A stretch of DNA of 24,161 nt from Octopus sinensis (lineage: Eukaryota). The translations under genes were made by a program, and so were the position numbers. Below, piece after piece: positions 10,290 through 21,344 of the stretch (within the stretch, counting starts at the first letter, position 1; each line of letters starts with the position of its first letter). The stretch spans positions 1 through 24,161 of the forward strand of contig NW_021836451.1 in assembly GCF_006345805.1 (NCBI RefSeq), read 5' to 3'. The notes beneath the pieces were generated by a model, which worked only from the letters and a program-made list of their open reading frames with translations, ran no database searches and was not told where the DNA came from.

Positions 10290-10455
10290 TAAGGTGCAAC
10301 CATGCAGAATCTTCCGGCTCCGAGTTCGAATCACACAAAGGTCAACTTCACCTTTTATCCTTTCATAATCATTAAAATAAAGTACAAGCCGAATACGGGG
10401 TTCGATGATACAAACTATGCCCCCTCTTTTCAAAAGTGTTGAACTTGTAACTTTA
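10290..10455 (+). mobile_element. Old, diverged SINE family A-like copy
   Basis: ccgagttcgaatc..aggtcaacttcaccttttatcctttc..aaataaagtac..ggggttcgat is colinear with family A. Confidence 0.45.
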
Positions 10456-11337
10456 GATTCCCTTGTACTATTTCGTTGAAATAACATACTTTGAAGTTTA
10501 TGTCCAAATGTATTCGTATATTCTCTCTTATAATTTTCTAAATTCAAATTGTTGTTTTAATACAGTCCTACATGTGGATATATACGCATGCATGTATGTA
10601 ATTATGTTTGTGCAATATATACGCACGCACGCATGCATGTATGTATGTAGGTAAAGGATAAGGCAAAAGCCCGCCTTCAGATTTCCCATTCTTGATAAAT
10701 ATTTCAACAGCAAATGTACAATGTGTACCGGTTCAAACCATGATAATAACCAAAACTATAAACGGCAAAACATTTGCCGTATGAAGACACATTTACCACT
10801 TGCCTAACTTCGCTAACATCATAACAAAGGCCGTGCAAAATGTGGGAGCTTTTTCTGCCGCATTCTGCATTGCTAACCATTTTGTTGTTCGTCATTTAGA
10901 AGCAGGGATTTCGAGGTGGGGGTCCTTAATTTAAATGATTATTTTATTTATTTATAAATTCTAATTTCGTTAATTGATCTTTAAGGCTAACGCACTGAGC
11001 CATTCGAGTGAAGAAGTTAGGTCGATCCACAGCGAAATTCGAACGCATTACAGCGAAAACAGTAACTCAACTAAATTGGTGTTACGTAGTAAAATTAATT
11101 CCCCTTCAAAATCAATTGACGAAGCTACACTGTCAATGCTATTTTTGTTAAAGAATAATTAATATATATACTCTACAAAAAGTATTGTTTTTATTATAAT
11201 TTAACATAGAAACAAATATACAGGTACACACATAGAGGACCATATTAAAAGATCAATTCGAATTTAGGGCGGTAAAAGCAAGTATCTCTGTGACCAGAGA
11301 ACATCTTGTTCGCAATTTATCAAACAGCTAAAAAAAG

Positions 11338-11691
11338 CAGCCAAATCTCCCTTAATCTTCTTTTTTAAAATATGTAGCTCTACTCAGTCGGAGCTGGTTT
11401 TGGTTCTGTATAACAACAAAATCCTGCGAATACTTCTTTAGTTTATAATTCCTACTCGACTCAGACTAATTCCTTACGCGTGTGATAGGCATACATTAAT
11501 ATTAATTACATCTCCAGGTTTTCACATAGTCCAACTATTAGTTTTACTGCGTGGAATTTTAAAAAAAATAATAATAAATAAACACCTTTGAGTCACTCGA
11601 AGAAAATATTATTCAAGTTTGTGAGGTGGATTTTGGAATTTCACAACTGAATATCGAGTTAGTAACCAAACTAAAGGTTTATATATTATAT
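11338..11691. repeat. Source arm of a 354-bp inverted duplication
   Basis: Reverse complement of 13019-13372, with two CpG-type transitions and homopolymer-length differences. Confidence 0.95.
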
Positions 11692-12067
11692 TATGTTAAA
11701 TAACAACATCAAAGAATGCAAATGGAACAGACCAGTGGGCAATAAAAGAAGACGTATGATGGACAAATAATATTTGGTAGAGAAATCCTGTTTGGTTCCA
11801 GCTGACAACATGGATGCTGATATTCAGGTAAAAGAACATGCATCCAGGTATATTAAGGTAATTAAGGGCGATAATAGGTAGAAGCTGAAGCAAGAAGGTT
11901 TTTTTTTTCTGTTTCGTTTTTGTGAAATGAAATTGGAACTGGTTTCGTTAGAAGCATAATTCTTTATTATCAACTATTGTTGTTGTTGTTGTTGTTATTA
12001 TTATTTCCTTTAGATTAGTTTTGAAGAATTAGCACGTTCATGATTATATATATATTATATATGCTTT

Positions 12068-12428
12068 TGTTTTTTTGCATGTTTCAATCATTTGACTGCG
12101 GCCATGCTGGAGCACTGCCTTAAAGGGTTTTTTTAGTCGAAGAAATCGAACCTCCAAGACAAGCCTACTACTTATTTTATCGATCTCTTTTGCCGAATCG
12201 ATAAGTTACAGGGACATAAACACAGCACCACCGGTTGTCAAGCAATGGTGGAAAACAAACACACACACACACATATATACATGACGGGCTTCTTTCAGTT
12301 TCTATCTACCAAATCCACTCACAAGGCTTTGGTTGGCCTGAGGTTATAGTAAAGGTTATACTCGAGGTGCCACACAGTAGGACTGATCCCAGAACCATGT
12401 GGTTGGGTAGCAAGCTTCTTGCCACAAC
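12068..12428 (-). mobile_element. SINE family B
   Basis: Tail, central and head motifs colinear with 1326-1735; first bases of the head are lost. Confidence 0.85.
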
Positions 12429-12449
12429 TATATATATATATATATATAT

Positions 12450-12834
12450 ATCAAAATAAGCAACAAGGATATCCTAGGTAGTGTAGTACAATCATATCAT
12501 GCTACTTCATTTTATTAAACACTGTAAGTATTACATCAGTTTTAAAATGTCGAGCAATCTTCAGCCACATACAGAATTTTTTAATTAAATAGACAATGTA
12601 CATTTTTATACTTATTTCATTTGCCAACATTATAAAGAGGGTAGATATAAAGACAGAGAGGTTAATTTCATCATTAAGAATATGGTGGTAGTATGTCCTT
12701 CTCCATCTGTAGAAGATTGCTCGACATTTTAAAACTCATGTAATACTCACAGTATTTAATAAAATGAAGTAGCATGAAATGAAGTAGCATGAATGTACTA
12801 CACTACCTTGGATATCCTTGTTGCTTATTTTGAT
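12450..12834. mobile_element. 385-bp foldback/MITE-like element
   Basis: Arms 12450-12562 and 12712-12834 are reverse complements around a 149-bp spacer. The right arm has aaatgaagtagcatg duplicated in tandem. The left end abuts (TA)n. Confidence 0.75.
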
Positions 12835-12965
12835 TATAATCACCCCATTTGATTTATATGGATAATACCATACCAAATTCTGGTGCCTTTAACTTAAGTA
12901 CTATATTCATCTGAATTTAAATTTTGCTGAACTTATATATATGTATATATATATATATATATATA

Positions 12966-13014
12966 TCATCATCATCGTTTAACGTCCGCTTTCCATGCTA
13001 GCATGGGTTGGACG
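12966..13014 (-). mobile_element. About 50-bp RTE 3' tail with (GAT)n end
   Basis: tcatcatcatcgtttaacgtccgctttccatgctagcatgggttggacg matches 19834-19895 and the reverse complement of 2608-2660. Confidence 0.85.
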
Positions 13015-13018
13015 ATTT

Positions 13019-13372
13019 ATATAATATATAAACCTTTAGTTTGGTTACTAACTCGATATTCAGTTGTGAAATTCCAAAATCCACCTCACAAACTTGAATA
13101 ATATTTTCTTCGAGTGACTCAAAGGTGTTTATTTATTATTATTTTTTTAAAAATTCCACACAGTAAAACTAATAGTTGGACTATGTGAAAACCTGGAGAT
13201 GTAATTAATATTAATGTATGCCTATCACACGCGTAAGGAATTAGTCTGAGTCGAGTAGGAATTATAAACTAAAGAAGTATTCACAGGATTTTGTTGTTAT
13301 ACAGAACCAAAACCAGCTCCGACTGAGTAGAGCTACATATTTTAAAAAAGAAGATTAAGGGAGATTTGGCTG
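13019..13372. repeat. Derived arm of the 354-bp inverted duplication
   Basis: Reverse complement of 11338-11691. Starts 4 nt from the RTE tail and ends in a TA/TG microsatellite. Confidence 0.95.
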
Positions 13373-13852
13373 TATATATGTGTGTGTATGTTATATAGGT
13401 AGCGGTTATATGCCTCTGGTCATTTGAGCTCGATGAGTTGGCCATACACCTAAGTGGCTTCTAGGTGTGAAACCAATGGTCTCTCTCTGACTGGTCGCAA
13501 CAAATAACCCTCTAAACATCTATATACAAGTGTTCTGTTGCAAATTCCTGTTCACCAAGAACAATCCAAGGGAAATACCATTATCACCAGTATATTAATA
13601 TTTAACTCCTTGATTTCAAATCTGATTGATAAATGCCAATGGACGAAACTCTTGGCCCTGGAGTCACTCTATAACTTCTGCGATTATTAAAAAAAAAATG
13701 AGTATGTGTGTGTATATATATATCTATATGATGATAGGTTAAACAAGGCTTATCATCATCAACAACATAATCATGTGGAGAGCTGGGAGTTGGGGAATCA
13801 GAAGTACATCTTAGCGACTCGGGCAAGTCATAACCAGTGCGACGCGGTAATG

Positions 13853-14510
13853 ATCACACTTGAATGGTGTGCTTAACGTGCCATCAGCACGGAGGCCAGC
13901 TTGTTGCTCTGGCAACGATCTCACTCGTATGGTACTCTTAGCGTTCCACTAGCAACGGATGCCAGTCACCGAATTTGATTTTGACTTCGATTTCACTTGC
14001 CTCAACTGGTCTTCGCAAGCAGAGTTTAGTGTCCAATGAAGAAAAGGCATGCACAAGTGGACTGGTTACACCCCTTGCATAGGCCACAAGTTTATGGTCA
14101 CACTTGCGCTTGTCGAGTCTTCTGCAGCACAGAGGTCCCGGTCACTAGTCATTTCCTCGGTGAGGCCCAATGTTTGAAGGTCATGCTTCACCACCTCATC
14201 CCAGGTCTTCCTGGGTCTACCTCTTCCACAGGTTCCCTCAACTACTAGGGTTTAGCACTTTTTCACACAGCTATCAACATCCAGTCTCGCCACATGACCA
14301 TACCAGCACAATCATCTCTCTTGCACACCACATCTCATGCTTCTTAGGTCCAACTATTCTCTCAGGGCACTAACACTCTGTCGAGTATGCACACTAACAT
14401 TACACATCCATCGGATCATACTGGCTTCATTCCTTGCAAGCTTACGCATATCCTCAGCAGTCACGGCCCATGTTTCACTGCTATGTAGCATGGCTGTTCG
14501 TGCACACTTG
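13853..14510 (-). mobile_element. RTE LINE fragment (RT C-terminus and 3'UTR)
   Basis: RTAMLHSSETWAVTAEDMRKLARNEASMIRWMCNV and GRGRPRKTWDEVVKHDLQTLGL on the minus strand. The 3'UTR is homologous to 19990-20423. Confidence 0.85.
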
Positions 14511-14534
14511 AAAAAATAAAATCTGAGTTCGTCA

Positions 14535-14878
14535 GGCAATCTAAGACAAAGTTTAGAGAATACATAGGTGGCTGTGTGATAACACTTTAATGGATGAATC
14601 AATGAATATGTTGGGTTGAGGAAATGCGTGGGCTAAGCACCTCTAACTAGGAAGAGGGTCTGCTAATCGTGGTTTAACGAGAGACCAAAAAAAAAAAGAT
14701 TTGAAAACTCTGAGAAAGTCAAAATTTAGGGAATAGAGAAGTGACTGTGTGGTAAGACTTTAATAGTTGAGTGAATCAATGAATATACCACGATTAGCAG
14801 ACCCTCTTCCCAGTTAGAGATGCTTAGCCCACGCATTTCCTCAACCCAACATATTCATTGATTCTTCCCCTAAAGTGT
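14535..14878. repeat. Long inverted repeat with a diverged internal direct copy; right arm broken by a LINE
   Basis: 14582-14673 pairs with 14787-14878. 14543-14610 is a diverged direct repeat of 14716-14786. 14535-14581 pairs with 17882-17928. Confidence 0.85.
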
Positions 14879-17800
14879 TTTTAATTTAATTTAATTTTTT
14901 TGGCTCAAAAAGCAAAAGCAAGGCCATGTAGGGGGATATGGAGTTATGTACAGGGAGGGTGTTCATACAAAGAGTTCTGGTCAAGAGAGACTTTGAACCG
15001 AGCGGTCGTCGGCATCTTCACTATCTCGTCCGGCAGCTTATTCCACGGATCCGCAACCTGGACTGAGAAAGACCCTCTCCTTCGACTGAGATGAAATCGT
15101 CGTAGATAGAGCTTTTCGGAGTGACCCCGCAGCCCACGCTCTGGAGCAGGAGTGAAGAACAGCTCTTTCGAGAGGTTACACTTTCCGCTTATGATGTTGT
15201 GAGCGAGAATGAGATCACCACGTCGTCGTCGTTTCTCGAGAGAATAAAGGTCGAGCGTCTTCAGCCTTTCTTCATATGACAAATGCTTGAGACCAAGAAC
15301 CATGCGGGTAGCCAGCTTCTGTACTCTTTCGAGATGCTGTATGTCTTTGAGAAGATAAGGAGAAGAGGCTTGAATCCCGTACTCTAATATGGGTCTCACC
15401 AGCATGACAGAGCGGTAGGAATATGGCTGCTGTGAGCATTCCGAATGACCGTCGAATCAAAAACAGAACTCCGCATGCTTTGTTGGCAGCATGGACGCAT
15501 TGGGCCGAAGGCGAAAAGAAAGAATCCACCAAGATACCCAGGTCCTTTACCTAGTCGGTCTTCTCCAGCAGCAGACGACCCGTTGAGTTGCAGGAGTGGA
15601 GCCAACTGGCAGATGACAGCACTTTGACACGTTCAGACACAGGTCCCATTCGTTAGACCATCTCCAAATTTGGTGAAGGCATCGACGAAGATCCTCTATA
15701 TCACTGCGAGAAGCGACCAGTTTGACATCGTCAGCAAATAGAAGGGTGTGTTGCGTGAGGTCATCGGGCAAGTCATTGATGAAGACTAAAAACAATAACG
15801 GCCCAAGCACTGAACCTTGAGGCACGCCACTGCTCGCACTGGAGACGTCGGATAGCGAACCATTAACTTGGACTTGGAAGGAGCGATTATGAGAGGAAGG
15901 CACCAACCCATCGTACAATATCCGGATGGAAACTATATGCTTGAAGCTTGACAAGCAATAGGCGGTGGTTAACCGAGTCAAAAACGATGTCAACAGCATC
16001 ACCATCATCCAGGATACGCGTCACCAATTTTTCCATTACTAGTAAGTTGGTCAAGCATGATCTCTTCGGCACGAAGCCGTGTTGGGAATCAGAGATAGAG
16101 GCTGTGTTTTGGAGGTGGAGCAACATACTTTCCATGAGGATGGTTTCGAACATCTTGCTGATTATTGAAGTAAGGGAAATCGGTCGGTAGCTAAGCAGGT
16201 CTTCGCGGCTCCCTTTCTTGAAAATCGGGCAGATTATCGCTGTTCTCCAGTCCGCAGGTACAACACTCGTCGCCAATGACATATTGAATAGAAGTGTTAA
16301 AGGTTCGCAGATGACCGGAGCGAACGCTTTGATAACCTGTGGGTGTATGCCGTCAGGGTCGTGACCCTTGTTGACATCGTGCCTTGAATAACGCGTTCGA
16401 CTTCGTCACGAGTGATAACCCATCTAGGCATTGGATGTACCGATCTATCAACTGGAGGGGGTTCACGACAATCATCTTGTTTGAAAATTGTCGAAAAAGC
16501 CTCGGCAAATAACTGACTGTGCTGATAAGGGTCCTCAATCGATACACCTGTTGAGTCTACCAACGTTGCAATTTGGTTGTTCAAGCGGGAATTCCGTTGG
16601 ACATGGGCAAAGAAGGTTTTTGGATTGCGACTGGCGTTTGCCGCGATTCTGTATTCATATCTGAAGCGTTCTTTCTTTTCAATTTTCACGGCTCGGTCTC
16701 GTTGAGTTCTGTACACCTCAAAAGCTACAGTCGAATCTAGATTTTTGAATTCAGCCCAAGCAATATCTCTGAGTCGAAGTTCTCGTTTAACCTTCTTCGT
16801 CACTCAGGGCTTGTGTTTCTTCTTGGGAAGCCCAACGGGAACTGCTTGGTCAGTCAACCAGATTACATATGCTTTGAGGGACGACCATAGTTCGTCAACA
16901 GGGATCGCCAGTCCAGAAGCGCAGAAGCCTTGGTTAGAATTTCAAGATTGATTGCAGAGAAGACTCTACGTGGCAGCGAAGTAGTCGTGGGCGTAGAAAA
17001 AGTTGTGTGCATGTTGAACTTCAGGACCGCGTGATCACTCTTGGCAAGAGGGGCGCACACAGATAAGCCTGACACTGATCTTGGATAGAGGGAGAATACC
17101 AGATCCAGCATAGATGGCTGCTGCCCAGACCGATGCCTTGTCGGAGATTCAACATGTTGCGATAGAAAACAATTTTCAGCCACGTCAAGAAGGGCCTGGC
17201 CAAACCGGGAAGAGGATGTACAAATTGATGTGGACCAGTCATTCGTGAGAAGATGAAACGAATCTTTTCGCTTCGAGTAAACAAGCATCATCCTGGGGGT
17301 CGGCAAGAGGCGGCATGTAGACAGCTAACACGGCAGGCAAAACCCGGATAGGCTCAGCTTGCAGTAGACGGCATCAAATTTTGTTGTAGGTTGAGCATTA
17401 GTGGGTAGAATACAGCTGGACGGTTTGAGACCAGATTTAACATACACAGCAACACCTCCACCTTGCCCTTTTTCTCTGTCACATCTGAAGAGGGCGTAGC
17501 CCTGTAGGTGGATTTCCGAGTCCTTTACTGCTGGAGTTAGCCAAGTCTCGGTGATAGCTATCACATCTGAGGAATCACGCATGGCCATTGTAAATAATTC
17601 GCTGAACTTTAGAAATAAGGAGCACGAGTTGGTATATACGATGCTGAGCTGTGAAGTTTGAGGGGCGGGAATTAGGGAACAAGCAGAATAAGGGGTATCA
17701 GAGAAAGCATCGTTGTCGGGGGTATCTACTTTACTTCGATTCGCCCTCGATTCACTTTCCCTGTCAGCACTACAGCATGCGGCCAGAGGTAGTAAACCCT

Positions 17801-17881
17801 TCTCTCCCATCTGTTTTCTCATCTTCAGTTCGGATATCAGGTTTCTCTGACAAATTCTCGTTCTCAGTGAGTATTCCTGAG
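14879..17881 (-). mobile_element. CR1-like LINE, about 3 kb, frameshifted APE endonuclease plus RT ORF2
   Basis: APE motifs IVYTNSCSL, DVIAITETWL and GYALFRCDREKGQGGGVAVYV (17325-17822). RT motifs PIFKKG..YRPISLTS, GVPQGSVLGPLLFLVFINDL, LFADDVKL and LVRPILEY..LERVQ..RRRRGDLI. (AATT)-type tail at 14879-14901. Confidence 0.92.
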
Positions 17882-17928
17882 TATCACACAGCCACCTATG
17901 TATTCTCTAAACTTTGTCTTAGATTGCC
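17882..17928. repeat. Displaced remainder of the inverted-repeat right arm
   Basis: 47/47 reverse complement of 14535-14581. Confidence 0.95.
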
Positions 17929-18588
17929 GTCTCGTTTAAACTATGCCAGTCAGATCCCCTGAAAATGTTTCCCTCCCGCATGTTCTTTATCACTTCTCCC
18001 CCTCCCTAACTAACTCTGTCTCTCTCCCTATGTTTCTCTATGTCTCCCTCTTTCGATAACCACTTGCTTCACCTAGACCTCCTTCCACCGCCATCGCCCA
18101 ATTATAAACTAGCGAACGCATAACGGGACTCCTACCGAAGAATAACGGATCGCTCATGAACGTATAAAAGATAAGAATATTGTTCTTTCAACCTCGTTTC
18201 ATCTACCAACTATTCTTGCACAGATCATTATTCTGTCTAGTTCAGTAAGATGTCATCATGTAAACATACTTTTCGATAGTCTTGTCTTCCTTGTTACTCC
18301 CGAAGATAACCTTATATTCATATTCATTGATATATATATGTATATATATATACAAATATGTATATACCCATATATATATACACATATACTCTGTTACTCT
18401 TTTACTTATTTCAGTCATTTGACTGTGGTCATGCGACTGACATCGAGCAAATCGACCCCAGGACTTATTCTTTGTAAGTCTAATACTTATTCTATTGGTC
18501 TCTTTTGCCGAACCGCTAAGTTACAGGGACGTAAACACACCAGCATCGGTTGTCAAGCCATGCGGGGGGGGAGGGGACAGACAAACAT

Positions 18589-18635
<47 letters not shown>

Positions 18636-18637
18636 TA

Positions 18638-18826
18638 ACGGGAAGGTTTACGAAAATAAACAAAAGACGAAGGCAGATGGAGTACAAACAAACAAATGTA
18701 TTAGTATGGCGCTCAGGAAAAGAAATAGAACAAGTCTTTTACGTTTCGAGCCTACGCTCTTCGACAGAAAGATACACAGAAAAAAAAACAAGGAGAGAAA
18801 AAAAATGTATGTTGGAGCTAACGATC
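18638..18826 (-). mobile_element. Penelope-like terminal-repeat fragment
   Basis: Contains a hammerhead-like motif. Shares ggcgctcaggaaa, cgtttcgagc..gctcttcg and the acggga end with 23364-23826. Flanked by (TA)n. Confidence 0.55.
18735..18772 (-). ncRNA. Minimal type I hammerhead-like motif with a core mutation
   Basis: Minus strand UCUUU CUGUCGA A GAGC GUAG GCUC GAAAC GUA AAAGA: 5-bp stem I, 4-bp stem II, palindromic ACGU stem III. A6 is replaced by U. Confidence 0.5.
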
Positions 18827-19035
18827 TATCTATATATATATATATACACATATACGACAGGCTTATTCCAGATTCCGTCTACCAAATCCACTCACAAGGC
18901 TTTGGTCGGCCCGAGTCTATAGTAGAAGACACTTGCCCAAGGTGCCACGCAGTGGGACTGAACACGGAACCATGTGGTTGGTAAGCAAGCTACTTACCAT
19001 TCAGCCATTCCTACGCCAAAAACTTAGCATACAAC

Positions 19036-19581
19036 TGTAGCGTGGCAGTTTCAGCCACTTTGTTATATGACTATAGCGATATCTAATATCTTCACTGTGT
19101 GAACGGCAAAGCAGAAATAATCTCGTTTGAGCTTACAACCATCTTTGGCCAACTTGTTCTTTTTCTAAACACTAACTTGATTGGTTGACGTGTGACACGA
19201 GGGTCCCTGCGTAGTTCGTGCCACTGGTGGACATGTGACACGAGGGCCCCTGCGTAGTCCGCGCCACTGGTTGACACGTGACGCGAATTGTCTCGACTTA
19301 TTTTCGCGCCAATCGCGAATCAACCAATCAAAACCTTCGGTTAAAATTCCATTTTCTGGAGTTCGGTGAGCCAACCAAATAGTATAAAAACCAGGTTTCA
19401 CAGGCATTTTTGTCTTGAGTTCTAGTTCTTCTAAGAACTAACTTAGACCACCTACTGCTCAACTTAGAGATAGGCGATTGTTTCTGCTACTGCTTGTGCT
19501 ATACTGATACAAACAACATGAACTGTAAACCAAGTTCCGTGGTTAATCCTATGGTCAGTACCCTTTTATGCCTCACGAACA
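19036..19581 (+). mobile_element. Putative solo LTR
   Basis: TGT...ACA ends with an imperfect inverted repeat (tgtagcgtggc / gcctcacgaaca). CpG-rich, with internal tandem repeats, CCAAT motifs and TATAAAAA near 19383. No clean TSD found. Confidence 0.45.
19182..19286. repeat. 43-bp tandem repeat, about 2.4 copies
   Basis: Units tggttgacgtgtgacacgagggtccctgcgtagttcgtgccac start at 19182, 19225 and 19268. Confidence 0.9.
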
Positions 19582-19833
19582 CACAGACACAAAAACATGC
19601 TAACACTTACAAACTCCCAACATCAGCATGATTGTAAAATATGTAAATAAATAATATTTATCTACCAACAGAAGACTTGTGTCAATTCACTTATGTCCTA
19701 TTGTCGTTGTATGTATTTTATGGCTTGTAATGATTTCGTTAAGAATAGAGCCGCATGCGACCGTATTCCCAGCACGATACGACCGCATGTGATCTTACTT
19801 CTTACACAACCATTTCTACATCTACATATATAC

Positions 19834-20423
19834 CATCATCATCATCATCATCATCATTTAGCGTCCGTTTTCCATGCTAGCATGGGTTGGACGGTTCTAC
19901 TGGGGTCTGTGAAGCCAGAAGGCTTCATCAGGCCCAGTCAAATCTGGCAGTGTTTCTACGGCTGGATGCCCTTCCTAACGCCAACCACTCCGTGAGTGTA
20001 GTGGGTGCTTTTTACGTGCCACCCGCACTGGTGCCAGACAGAGCTGGCAAACGGGCACGAACGGATGGTGCTTTTTATGTGCCACCGGCACGAGGGCCAG
20101 GCGAGGCTGGCAACGGACACGAAACGGGGCGGGGCTGGCAACGGTCGCGAAACGGAAAGTTCTCTTACATGCCACCGGCACTGGTAACACATCTGCAATT
20201 TCCATTGATCGATTTCGATTCTGATCCTCACTTGCCTCAATGGGTCTTCACAAGCAGAGTTTCGACATGCCACCGGCACTGGTAGCACATCCGCAATTTC
20301 CATTGATCGATTTCGATTCTGATCCTCACTTGCCTCAACACGTCTTCACAAGTAGTTTTGTGTCCCAAGAAGGGAAGGTATGCATACGTAGGCTGGCTCC
20401 ATCCCATGTAGAAGGCCACGGGT
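19834..20423 (-). mobile_element. 5'-truncated RTE LINE 3'UTR with (GAT)n tail and internal repeats
   Basis: Same tail as 12966 and 2542; body homologous to the 3'UTR at 13853-14100. 98-bp tandem duplication starting at 20167 and 20265. Confidence 0.8.
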
Positions 20424-20473
<50 letters not shown>

Positions 20474-20576
20474 TACATTATATTACATATACATATATTA
20501 TATACATATACATTATATATATATATTAATACATATACATATACCTATATACATATACATATATATACATATACAT

Positions 20577-20624
<48 letters not shown>

Positions 20625-21344
20625 AATATATTCTATATATATATACATATACATTATATATATAATATACATATACATATACATATATATATATATACAT
20701 ATATTATATACATTACATATATATAACATAATACATATATATATACATATACATATATATACATATACATATATATACATATATATATACAATATACATA
20801 TATACATATTAATACATATACTATATTATATACATATAACATATATTATACATATACATATATCATATATATACATATACTATATATATATATACATATA
20901 ACATATATTATATACATATATATATAATATATACATATACATTATATATATATACATATACATATATATATACATATATATATATACATATACATATACA
21001 TATATATATATATACATATATACATATACATATACATATATACATATATACATATACATAATATATATACATATACATATATATATATATAATATACATA
21101 TATATATATATATATAACATATACATATATATATATACATATACATATATATACATATAATATATACTATACATACATTATATATATATATTACATATAC
21201 ATACATATAATATATACATATACATACATATATATATATAACATATACATATATATACATATACATATATACATATACATATATACATATATATACATAT
21301 ACATATATACATATACATATATACATATACATATATACATATAC
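20424..21344. repeat. About 920-bp complex (TA)n/(TACA)n microsatellite
   Basis: Almost only A, T and sparse C. Explains the YIYI-type pseudo-ORFs. Confidence 0.97.

Larger units (their letters stand above)
18395..19013 (-). mobile_element. SINE family B with a PLE-like fragment in its microsatellite
   Basis: Family B motifs on both sides of the insert at 18638-18826. Small deletion in the tail region. Confidence 0.88.

Noticed and set aside
11778-11830. Small host exon (ttggtag ... attcag|gtaaaa)
   Set aside because: Weak acceptor with no polypyrimidine tract and no recognisable peptide; cannot be supported without RNA data.
11338-13372. 2-kb DNA transposon with 354-bp TIRs
   Set aside because: No TSD (ag versus ta flanks), no transposase, and the inner end of the right arm is fused to an RTE tail.
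18130-18180. Hammerhead-like ccgaaga...gaacgta
   Set aside because: Core is doubly altered with no credible stem II or stem I.
19908-19932. Hammerhead on the minus strand of the RTE tail (CUGAUGA AGCC UUCU GGCU)
   Set aside because: Stem II is followed by UCAC instead of GAAA, there is no stem III or NUH site, and the homologous copy at 2570 lacks CUGAUGA.
19182-20352. CRISPR-like arrays (43-bp and 98-bp repeats)
   Set aside because: Head-to-tail duplications without unique spacers, in eukaryotic retroelements, with no cas genes.
20240-21332. [12 protein letters not shown] ORFs here and at 1503, 4172-4566, 18338 and 23840
   Set aside because: Translations of stop-free microsatellites, not proteins.
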